A stretch of 34,314 nucleotides of DNA from Parachlamydiaceae bacterium (GTDB lineage Bacteria > Chlamydiota > Chlamydiia > Chlamydiales > Parachlamydiaceae), in contig JACDGH010000002.1 of the NCBI GenBank assembly GCA_013815395.1, positions 1 to 34,314 on the forward strand. Direction: 5' to 3'. How positions within the stretch are numbered: position 1 is the stretch's first letter; every line of letters starts with the position of its first letter. Shown here piece after piece: positions 20,120 through 27,133 of this stretch. The notes beneath the pieces are model-generated. The model made no database searches. It saw nothing but the letters and a program-made list of their open reading frames with translations, and had not been told where the DNA came from. Position numbers and translations under genes: made by a program.

Positions 20120-20146
20120 GGTACTCACAACACAAGTGAGTTATAC

Positions 20147-20231
20147 GGAAGAGTGGCAGAGTGGCCGAATGCGCCTGTCTTGAAAACAGAAGTCCTGAAA
20201 GGGACCGTGGGTTCGAATCCTACCTCTTCCG
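20147..20231 (+). tRNA. tRNA-Ser (anticodon UGA)
   Basis: The acceptor stem is GGAAGAG/CTCTTCC and the anticodon loop is CTTGAAA. It has a long variable arm GTCCTGAAAGGGACC and a T-arm GTGGG-TTCGAAT-CCTAC. It is nearly collinear with E. coli tRNA-Ser(UGA). No CCA is encoded. Confidence 0.93.
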
Positions 20232-20446
20232 TCCTTTTTATCCTTCTTAAGATTATTCTAGTATTATCAAAATTTTTCCTTATAAATTATTTCGATAGAA
20301 TTCAAACACTCCCTTTAAATAACGATATTTAGTTCATATATTTATTTAAAAAATTTGTAAAAAAATTACAATTATTATAGCATTTGACAAATCCTATAGG
20401 GATAGGATTTTATTTAAATAAAGAATACGATTAACAGGGAAATTAT

Positions 20447-20851
20447 ATGATTACTCAAGTGAACTACAATAGCATGCCAATATTTGACTTATCTCCTTAC
20501 GCTCATTTAGGTCTGCCTAGTTCGTCCAAAGACGCCGAAATATTTGCCGCAGCTCATGATGCCTTAGATAATTATAATATACTCGCTAAGATGCTGAAAT
20601 TCCCAGAAACTTTTAAATCAGAAACAGGAAAAGAGCCTACCGATAAACGTCTATATAAAATTTTTCAAGCTGCAATATGTGCACTAACTGAATCAAACGT
20701 TGAAAATTTACAAAGCGATTCCTTTGATATTAATAAAATCGGCGGGTTTGCTAAGGTACATTTAGATAAGTTAGAAACATTAAAGATCATGAAAATAAAT
20801 AAAATGGCAAATAGTATTAGACTAACTCCACAAGCTGATCAAAACAGTTAG
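20447..20851 (+). CDS. hypothetical protein
   Basis: A 134-aa ORF with an AGGGA Shine-Dalgarno 8 nt upstream. I recognise no family. Confidence 0.65.
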   Translation: MITQVNYNSMPIFDLSPYAHLGLPSSSKDAEIFAAAHDALDNYNILAKMLKFPETFKSETGKEPTDKRLYKIFQAAICALTESNVENLQSDSFDINKIGGFAKVHLDKLETLKIMKINKMANSIRLTPQADQNS

Positions 20852-20874
20852 ATCTTCTTTTTAATTAAATAATT

Positions 20875-20956
20875 GGGGTTGGTCTTCTTCCAATATAACG
20901 CCAAACTCTTGCTGGCCAAGCTTGAAGACCACCCCGCTGTTTCAGACTTTTTTTCC
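20875..20956. terminator. long hairpin plus T-run between convergent genes
   Basis: GGGGTTGGTCTTC (20875..20887) pairs with GAAGACCACCCC (20924..20935), leaving one bulge. A T7 run lies 14 nt downstream. The geometry is non-canonical. Confidence 0.3.
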
Positions 20957-21016
20957 TTATCTAATAATTTGACATATATACAGGTATGTTTCCCCCATTA
21001 ATGGGTCTTTGACTCT

Positions 21017-21559
21017 TTAAAAGAAATATAAAGATTTTTTTGCAATTATCTCTTCATCATTAACCTTAACACTATCAATAAGAAACGTATTTGGAGCTCC
21101 AAATGCTAATATGGGGGGAACAAACAGATTCTTAAAATGTTTAATGACTGATTTTATAACCGGCTGATTTGCGGGTGTAACAACAATCACAGCTCGGTTC
21201 TCGCAAAATTTGCCTCCGCGAAATACTTTTGCATCATGAATTTCATGCGCAATATATTCCATATTCACGAAAACCTTTACGGCTAATTCATCTATTTCAA
21301 ACTCTTGTGAATTTTTATTAGCGCTAACAATTTTACGCAAATCTGAAAACTGCTGAGATAATATTGATGATATTTGGCTAAAAGTAATTTTCATATCCGC
21401 CCCCTTATTTAGCTTTTCTACAGCCCTTATAATCAGCTTTAAGAAAATTGGCAACGACTTTTTAATGGTAAAGTGACCGTAATAAGATGTAGGGCAGTTG
21501 ATTGGAAAAGTTTGACAAACGCTTATTTCATTTTTTGCTGATTTTATTTTCTTATTCAT
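21017..21559 (-). CDS. hypothetical protein
   Basis: A 180-aa ORF with no recognised motif. Confidence 0.65.
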   Translation of the reverse strand: MNKKIKSAKNEISVCQTFPINCPTSYYGHFTIKKSLPIFLKLIIRAVEKLNKGADMKITFSQISSILSQQFSDLRKIVSANKNSQEFEIDELAVKVFVNMEYIAHEIHDAKVFRGGKFCENRAVIVVTPANQPVIKSVIKHFKNLFVPPILAFGAPNTFLIDSVKVNDEEIIAKKSLYFF

Positions 21560-21742
21560 CTTCTTTATACAATCTTAATCATTTTTAATTATGATTTTTT
21601 TTTAAAATTAATATCATAATTAAGAAAATAATTTTTATCTTTTATAATGTTAAAAAATATTACCGCGTTAAACAAATTTATATATTTTTTTAAATTCATA
21701 CTATATTTTCTTATTAATATTTCATTAAACAATAAGGTGTTT

Positions 21743-22369
21743 ATGACTTCAAGTTTTAATGCAATAAATAAAAACAAATCATTTGAACTAGATTTAACAA
21801 GTTTTCTTCCAGGAGGAAAATGGACCCCATGTGATGAAAAAGGGAAGTTTATTGATTCAAACAGAGCTATGTGGACAAAAGATAGCTTATCTGGGGCTAT
21901 CTATTTAAACCAACCTACTGATCACTTAAGGTTTAAACTTTCATTTTTGACAGGTTTTCTGGCGGGCATTATTGGTGGTAATGCAATAAGTTTAACAATA
22001 AATGCAGCTTATCGGACTTTAAAAGTTACTTCTCTATCACATTTTTGGTTGCCCATATCATGCATTAATCAAAATAAAGATGATAAATCTTTCCACCTTA
22101 GGACTCGATGCGCTGAAGTTGCTAAAGATATTTCAAGAATTGTAACAACACCTTTTGCTTGGTTAGGGCTATTTTTTGCCAGCTGGGCGGGTGCTTTTGA
22201 CCCTAGAGAAAATGGACCAAGAGATGGAGCTAAAATCTTTGCTTCCATAGAAATTGCCATGTATGGCGGGACTATGGGTGAAGGTCATTTCGGATGGGCT
22301 CCTTGTTATCAACCTAATGCCATTATCCATGGACTTGGAGGTGACATTAACCGAGAGCGTGCTTTTTAA
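21743..22369 (+). CDS. hypothetical membrane protein
   Basis: The start is taken at ATG 21743 (MTSSFNAI), preceded by AAGGTG. The upstream extension in the track is AT-rich junk. Hydrophobic segments are LSFLTGFLAGIIGGNAISLTINAAY and PFAWLGLFFASWAGAF. Confidence 0.7.
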   Translation: MTSSFNAINKNKSFELDLTSFLPGGKWTPCDEKGKFIDSNRAMWTKDSLSGAIYLNQPTDHLRFKLSFLTGFLAGIIGGNAISLTINAAYRTLKVTSLSHFWLPISCINQNKDDKSFHLRTRCAEVAKDISRIVTTPFAWLGLFFASWAGAFDPRENGPRDGAKIFASIEIAMYGGTMGEGHFGWAPCYQPNAIIHGLGGDINRERAF

Positions 22370-22473
22370 GGATTTGGCAAAAGCATATGCGATAGATTTC
22401 ACTCTAGAAAATGCTATCTAATTCTGACATTTTTCTAAAGGTTACTTTTAAACAAAAATTTAGGGTTAGTTAT

Positions 22474-23532
22474 ATGAACATTATAAGTAAAATTCATGAT
22501 TTAGATGTTAATAATTTATGCGCAACTAAAAGACAAAAGCTTGGAAAAGCAGTTAACTCTTTAAATAAAAAAATTTTTGATGTTATTGCAATATGCCTTA
22601 AGTCATTAAATGTAAGCCTTGCGCGGGCAGTAAAATCAAATCCAAAAATCACTTTTAGAACCACTCTGGGTGCGACAGAAAATCAACGTGTTTTCGTTTT
22701 TGGAGATATTCATGGAGAGTTGAAAGGGTTCGCTGAAAATCTTTTAAATGCCGGTCTGATTGATAATGAAGAAAAGTGGATTGGAGAATCCTGCCTCATG
22801 ATTCAAATGGGCGATGTCATTGATCGAGGAGCCAAGTCAGAAGAAGCTTGGGACTATTTAAATGAACTTCAAATGCAGGCTGAAAAAACATCAGGGAAAG
22901 TTATTAGGCTAACAGGCAATCACGAATTAATGGTGTTGCAGGGTAATTTTCATTATGCAAAGCATGTTATCAAAAATCCCGTAAAATTTTCTGAAAAAAT
23001 TAAAACTGAGATTTTAAATGGGAAAGTTCGTCTTGCTTATACCGATGGTAAGAGACTTTATACTCACGCAGGATTACGCAGTAAGCTAAGGGAACAAATA
23101 ATTAATGAGATTAGGGAAAAACAACCCTTTGCTGACCATCAAATTTTTGTGGAAGATATCGTTGACCATTTAAATAATCTTCTCGTGAAGGCAATTGAAA
23201 ACAATGACTTCACCCACGCTATTTTTAATGTTGGTTATTCACGAGGTGGGAAGCATAGCATTGGTGGTGTTCTATGGGAAGATGCCTCAGAAATGCTTCG
23301 TTCGTCAAGAGCTCTAGTTGTCCCTCAAGTTATTGGACATAACCCCCCAAGAAGTCGTGAAGAACCTCCAATCCGCATTACTGAATCCAAACGTCTTGTT
23401 ATTGTCGATGCTGGATTGAATCCTATCTATGGTGGACACCAAGCGTACGTGATTTTTGAAGGTGCGGACATCATTATAAAAAATAAAGTGGCCGACCTTT
23501 GGTTGCAGACTAAAACTAAGGACATAATATAG
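22474..23532 (+). CDS. PPP-family metallophosphoesterase (Ser/Thr-phosphatase-like)
   Basis: The motifs occur in canonical order: GDIHG (VFVFGDIHGEL), GDVIDRG, GNHE (LTGNHELM), and a later HAG/GH pair. The start is taken at ATG 22474 (MNIISK). Confidence 0.85.
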   Translation: MNIISKIHDLDVNNLCATKRQKLGKAVNSLNKKIFDVIAICLKSLNVSLARAVKSNPKITFRTTLGATENQRVFVFGDIHGELKGFAENLLNAGLIDNEEKWIGESCLMIQMGDVIDRGAKSEEAWDYLNELQMQAEKTSGKVIRLTGNHELMVLQGNFHYAKHVIKNPVKFSEKIKTEILNGKVRLAYTDGKRLYTHAGLRSKLREQIINEIREKQPFADHQIFVEDIVDHLNNLLVKAIENNDFTHAIFNVGYSRGGKHSIGGVLWEDASEMLRSSRALVVPQVIGHNPPRSREEPPIRITESKRLVIVDAGLNPIYGGHQAYVIFEGADIIIKNKVADLWLQTKTKDII

Positions 23533-23540
23533 GTTCAGAA

Positions 23541-23832
23541 GTTAGTAGAGCCGCACTTCCGAGACTGACAGGAAATAGCTGAACCAGGTCATTTGCCTTT
23601 GGAGTGCGCCAGCTCCTTCTGCGCCCTTTAATTCACGAGATCACTCTAAGCTCCCTAGCATATAATAAAGGAATCAGAGACTAAAAAACTTATTGCAAAA
23701 CCATTCTATTTTGCTACAATTATCTCTTGAATTAAAGGGCGCAGCAGGAGCTGATGCACTCCAAAGGCTTCGCCAAAGGCAAATTATCTATTCTGCTATT
23801 CTTTGTCAGCCTCGGAAGTGCGGCTCTACTAG
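23541..23832. repeat. 292-nt GC-rich inverted-repeat element, copy B (MITE/REP-like)
   Basis: The left arm 23541..23634 (GTTAGTAGAGCCGCACTTCCGAGACTGACAGGAAATAGC...CTGCGCCCTTTAATTC) is the imperfect reverse complement of the right arm 23729..23832 (GAATTAAAGGGCGCAG...TGTCAGCCTCGGAAGTGCGGCTCTACTAG). The centre is 94 nt and AT-rich. No ORF is present. Confidence 0.8.
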
Positions 23833-23884
23833 TTTTATAAATCATTACTCGTAAATAGTTTATGACTTATGGATATAGGATGGT

Positions 23885-24151
23885 CTCTGCCGCGCCCTTC
23901 AAATCAGGAGGTTCGTTGAAGCTTAATCCATTGATTTTAAAATAAAGAATTTTTAACTTTTATCCTCTTCAAAAGCGCACTGATATGCAGATTAAGAAGA
24001 CAAAAGCAAATAAATATATTTGAAATTAATGTATTCCGCTTCAATAGATCTCCTCAATTGAAAGGCGTGGCAAAGCCGACGCATTCCAGGGGCTTCGCCA
24101 GACCCAAATAATCCATTTTCTGCAATTCTTAAAGCATTGCAAGTGCAGCTC
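23885..24151. repeat. partial second copy (C) of the same repeat family
   Basis: CTGCCGCGCCCTTCAAATC (23888..23906) faces CAATTGAAAGGCGTGGCAAAGCCGACGCATTCCAGGGGCTTCGCCAGA...GCAAGTGCAGCTC (24055..24151). The right arm aligns with copies A and B. The outer left arm is missing. Confidence 0.55.
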
Positions 24152-24356
24152 AAATAATCTCCAAAAAATATGAAATTTGAATTTTTTACTAGATGATGTT
24201 CTGGGTATAGTTAGCTTATATAATACATATCCTATTGTCGCGATTTTAATTTTAAATTTTCATCTCATAAAAGGAAAACTGAAAAAGTTGTTGAATGAGA
24301 AAAAAAAATGTGCAACAATCATCATTTAACACTACTTTCTAACCACGAATTTTTTT

Positions 24357-24428
24357 ATGTTTAAAATGTCCCTCATTAATATTCAGAACAATATTGGGCG
24401 AGCCATAATGAGGTGCGGGCTTATGTGA
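24357..24428 (+). CDS. candidate leader peptide 1 (MFKMSLINIQNNIGRAIMRCGLM)
   Basis: A 23-codon ORF with four Ile and two Leu codons. Its 3' end (AGG TGC GGG) mimics the 3' half of the terminator that follows. It has no clear Shine-Dalgarno. It is homologous in layout to leader 2. Confidence 0.35.
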   Translation: MFKMSLINIQNNIGRAIMRCGLM

Positions 24429-24457
24429 TCGGTTTGCCGAACATAGCTTTAATCAGA

Positions 24458-24492
24458 GACCGCACTCTCCTAAGAGGTGTGGTCTTTTTTTT
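24458..24492 (+). terminator. intrinsic terminator / attenuator 1 upstream of brnQ
   Basis: GACCGCACTCT-cctaag-AGGTGTGGTC is followed by T8. Confidence 0.75.
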
Positions 24493-24562
24493 GCCCACAT
24501 ATGTAAGAAAAGTTAAAAAGAAAAAAAATTATAAAAATAAAGATTTAGAGAGAAAATTTAAA

Positions 24563-24646
24563 ATGTTCAATATGTGCATTGAGTCCAATAATAATCGAAT
24601 TATTGTGGTGATCCACGCTAAAACGAGGTGCGGACCTGTGCTTTAG
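24563..24646 (+). CDS. candidate leader peptide 2 (MFNMCIESNNNRIIVVIHAKTRCGPVL)
   Basis: A 27-codon ORF with a GAGAGA Shine-Dalgarno-like element about 10 nt upstream. It has five consecutive branched-chain codons, ATT ATT GTG GTG ATC (24599..24613). Its 3' end contains GAGGTGCGG (24625..24633), which mimics the terminator 3' half. Confidence 0.55.
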   Translation: MFNMCIESNNNRIIVVIHAKTRCGPVL

Positions 24647-24677
24647 GCTATTAGCCCATAGTTAGGTTGAAACTAAA

Positions 24678-24710
24678 ACCGCACTCTCGAAAGGGGTGCG
24701 GTTTTTTTTT
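24678..24710 (+). terminator. intrinsic terminator / attenuator 2 upstream of brnQ
   Basis: AACCGCACTCTC-gaaa-GGGGTGCGGTT is followed by T9. It lies 53 nt before the brnQ ATG. Confidence 0.8.
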
Positions 24711-24762
24711 GCTCTTGAGTGGTCCTTAAAAAAAAGACAAAAATATTAGATAGGTAAATAAA

Positions 24763-25905
24763 ATGAAAAACAAATGGCTTGTAATCACTACTGGATTTGC
24801 TTTATTTTCAATGTTTTTTGGATCGGGTAATCTCGTTTTCCCAATTACTGTGGGCCAAGAAAGCCAAGGACATTACCTGCTAGCTGCAATTGGCATTTTA
24901 TTTACAGGAGTAGTTGTTCCCTTTCTGGGGGTATTGGGAATGATGCTTTATAAAGGTGACATCTATAGTTTTTTTAATTGCTTTGGCAAAAAAGGAACAT
25001 TCTTGTTCATGTTCTTGGCCCTGTCACTAATGGGACCATTTGGAGTGCTTGCCCGTTGTTTAACAGTTGCGCACGGTGCATTACTTCTTTTATTGCCAAA
25101 TGCTTCATTACCCCTCTCAAGTATTCTTATGTGCCTTGTGGTCTATTTCATGGCAGTAAATAAAAATAACATCGTGTCCACCTTAGGAACAGTATTGACA
25201 CCATTTTTACTTTTAGCCATCACTGTTATTGCGTTTTCAGGACTAAATCAAGGAACTTTTCCTGAAATGTCAGCATCCAGTGGTTGGAATGCCCTGAAAA
25301 ACGGTTTTTTTCAAGGTTACCAAACAATGGATCTTTTAGCTGCATTCTTCTTTTCACAATTCGTAATTAAACACCTTTACAGCAAATTAGTGGGTAATAA
25401 TGGAGAAGCTTACTTACTTAAGAATTTTTATAAATCATCACTAATTGGTGGGGGCATTTTATCTTGTGTGTACTTTGCTTTAGTCTTACTCGGCTGGATC
25501 TATTCACCTTTATTGCTGAATACTCCACCACAAGAGATGTTGGGAGTGATTGCTATTGAATCTTTAGGCCCAATAGCAGCACCATGTGTATGCTTGGCAG
25601 TGTTGTTTGCATGCCTAACAACCTCAATTGTATTAACTTCCTTATTTGCTGATTTTTTACGTTCTGAAGTCTTGAAAGAGAAAATCGGAAACAAGCAAGC
25701 TTTGTTAATCACTTTAGGAATTGGTTTTGTTGTCTCGACATTTGATTTTGCGGGAATTGCCAGATTTTTAGGACCCGTTCTAGAAGCGACCTATCCCGCT
25801 TTAATTACTTTAACCATAGTCAATATTGCCTATAAATTTTTAGGCATGAAATCTTCGCATTGGCCTTTTACCTTGACATTGGCGGCTAAACTATGCTGGA
25901 TCTAA
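24763..25905 (+). CDS. brnQ: branched-chain amino acid transport system II carrier
   Basis: The N-terminus GFALFSMFFGSGNLVFPITVGQ is the BrnQ/LIVCS signature. The protein is polytopic and hydrophobic throughout. At 380 aa it is shorter than the typical ~440 aa. Confidence 0.9.
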   Translation: MKNKWLVITTGFALFSMFFGSGNLVFPITVGQESQGHYLLAAIGILFTGVVVPFLGVLGMMLYKGDIYSFFNCFGKKGTFLFMFLALSLMGPFGVLARCLTVAHGALLLLLPNASLPLSSILMCLVVYFMAVNKNNIVSTLGTVLTPFLLLAITVIAFSGLNQGTFPEMSASSGWNALKNGFFQGYQTMDLLAAFFFSQFVIKHLYSKLVGNNGEAYLLKNFYKSSLIGGGILSCVYFALVLLGWIYSPLLLNTPPQEMLGVIAIESLGPIAAPCVCLAVLFACLTTSIVLTSLFADFLRSEVLKEKIGNKQALLITLGIGFVVSTFDFAGIARFLGPVLEATYPALITLTIVNIAYKFLGMKSSHWPFTLTLAAKLCWI

Positions 25906-25973
25906 GAAGTAATAGAGAAATTTCTTAGGGGTATAATTAAGGATTAAAATTTGGTGAAACAATACCACTATTT

Positions 25974-26455
25974 TCATATCAACAATTTACATTTCCGCAT
26001 TTGATGAATCGCATCAACCATTGTTGATGAATTAGCAGCATTTCTAAAATTAATTGCATCTTGATTTTCATAGAGCTTATATTTTTCTAAATCGACGTCG
26101 TGGGAAACCTCACTTTGCCTACCGGAACGCTGAAAAGAAGCAGCCAATTCAACTTTCTGAAAAAAAATTCTTTTGTCATGGATTGGCATTGTAGGCAAAC
26201 CCAATTTGCCAACACTTCCAGTTCTGGTAGATCAAGAATTTCATATTGTTTCTTCGAGAATATTAAAACATCTAAAATATCCTTAGATAAAACATCTTGC
26301 CGCAAACCATGGGCCAATCCATGGTTAAATCTATGGACAACATATGGGATGCCGCTAATCACTCGCGAAACTTTTGAATTTTGGTCTTTATAATGAGATA
26401 GGAAGTATGATTTGTGGAAAGCAGGGCGCGACTCGCCCTTCTTTCCACAATTCAA
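25974..26455 (-). pseudogene. frameshifted, start-less gene remnant (His-rich motif HRFNHGLAHGLRQ ... SHDVD)
   Basis: Two overlapping ORFs (26087..26455 and 25974..26204) join across an A8/T8 tract at about 26160..26167. There is no ATG start in the upstream part, and its first codons lie inside a strong hairpin. Confidence 0.5.
26412..26450. other. GC-rich 17-bp hairpin of unknown role
   Basis: TTGTGGAAAGCAGGGCG-cgact-CGCCCTTCTTTCCACAA has one mismatch. No U-tract is present on either strand. Confidence 0.5.
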
Positions 26456-26593
26456 CTAGCCCAGAAATTAGAAAACGCTTAGAGAGCTTATTTAGCTAGA
26501 TTAAACAACCTAGAGCGAGAGACACCCTTACCATGTTAGTTAAAAAAATTTACGCGAATCTATCTCGGGCTCTGCCTTTATGGGGAAGAGATA

Positions 26594-27094
26594 TTAAAAA
26601 TGACCTTGAAACATTTTTCCAAAAGGCATTTTTTCTGCAGATTCACCACTCTGAAGAGCATATAACGCAAAAATTCCAAAACCAAAAGCCGGGTTGATAG
26701 TCGCCACAAACAATGCTAAAGCATAAGCGCTAACAGATCCAATCGACTTCCACTGAGACTTCATCGTTTGAATGGCAGAAGGTGATCTAAATAATAGGAT
26801 CGCTGAAATGGCAGTGGTGATTAAAAATAACACGACTAACACCCCTATCCATAGTGTTAAGATGCCTGAGATTAGAAGCGTTAGAAGGCGCAGAAAAAAG
26901 GGGTAACCAGTTTGACCTGTAAATCCTCCTTTAGGTGTCTCACCGCCTAAAGATTCCCATTGTTCTTTTCTTGGTGAAACTTCATCCACATATATGAAAT
27001 CAGGTGATATAGGTGCTGTATTTGACTGCTTTTTTGATGTATTTTTAGACGATTCTTCCCCATTAGAGTCTGGTGGAAATCGATAAATGACCAT
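26594..27094 (-). CDS. membrane protein with a long bilobed hydrophobic segment
   Basis: A 166-aa ORF with a GGAGAA Shine-Dalgarno 6 nt upstream. It has a hydrophilic N-terminus, then FFLRLLTLLISGILTLWIGVLVVLFLITTAISAILLF and SVSAYALALFVATINPAFGFGIFALYAL. It lies 39 nt downstream of sthA on the same strand. Confidence 0.8.
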   Translation of the reverse strand: MVIYRFPPDSNGEESSKNTSKKQSNTAPISPDFIYVDEVSPRKEQWESLGGETPKGGFTGQTGYPFFLRLLTLLISGILTLWIGVLVVLFLITTAISAILLFRSPSAIQTMKSQWKSIGSVSAYALALFVATINPAFGFGIFALYALQSGESAEKMPFGKMFQGHF

Positions 27095-27133
27095 GTAATT
27101 CTCCGCTGATAATACTAGCTATTTTCCTGGCTC

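Noticed and set aside
19957-20146. HrcA/CIRCE operator upstream of clpB
   Set aside because: I looked for TTAGCACTC-N9-GAGTGCTAA. Only the unrelated short palindromes TTGACTTGTCAA and ACTCAC-N7-GTGAGT are present.
21589-22402. ORFs 21589..21777, 22069..22260 and 22169..22402
   Set aside because: They are AT-rich or antisense shadows of gene 21743..22369.
20232-24300. Genomic island integrated at tRNA-Ser
   Set aside because: The region downstream of the tRNA is orphan-rich and repeat-rich. However, I found no direct repeat of the tRNA 3' end (GGTTCGAATCCTACCTCTTCC) and no integrase. An integration event cannot be supported.
24480-24503. Shared 14-mer TTTTTTGCCCACAT between brnQ terminator 1 and the MITE-like element (29907..29920)
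   Set aside because: It is T-rich and short enough to occur by chance in 34 kb. The flanking similarity (CGCACT) is weak. I did not treat it as evidence of common origin.
24413-24646. 77-aa ORF from the track
   Set aside because: It reads straight through terminator 1 and a poly-Lys A-rich spacer. Only its last 27 codons (from ATG 24563) make sense, as a leader peptide.
26100-26393. Plus-strand ORF 26100..26393
   Set aside because: It is antisense to the gene remnant and has no start context. It is likely noise.
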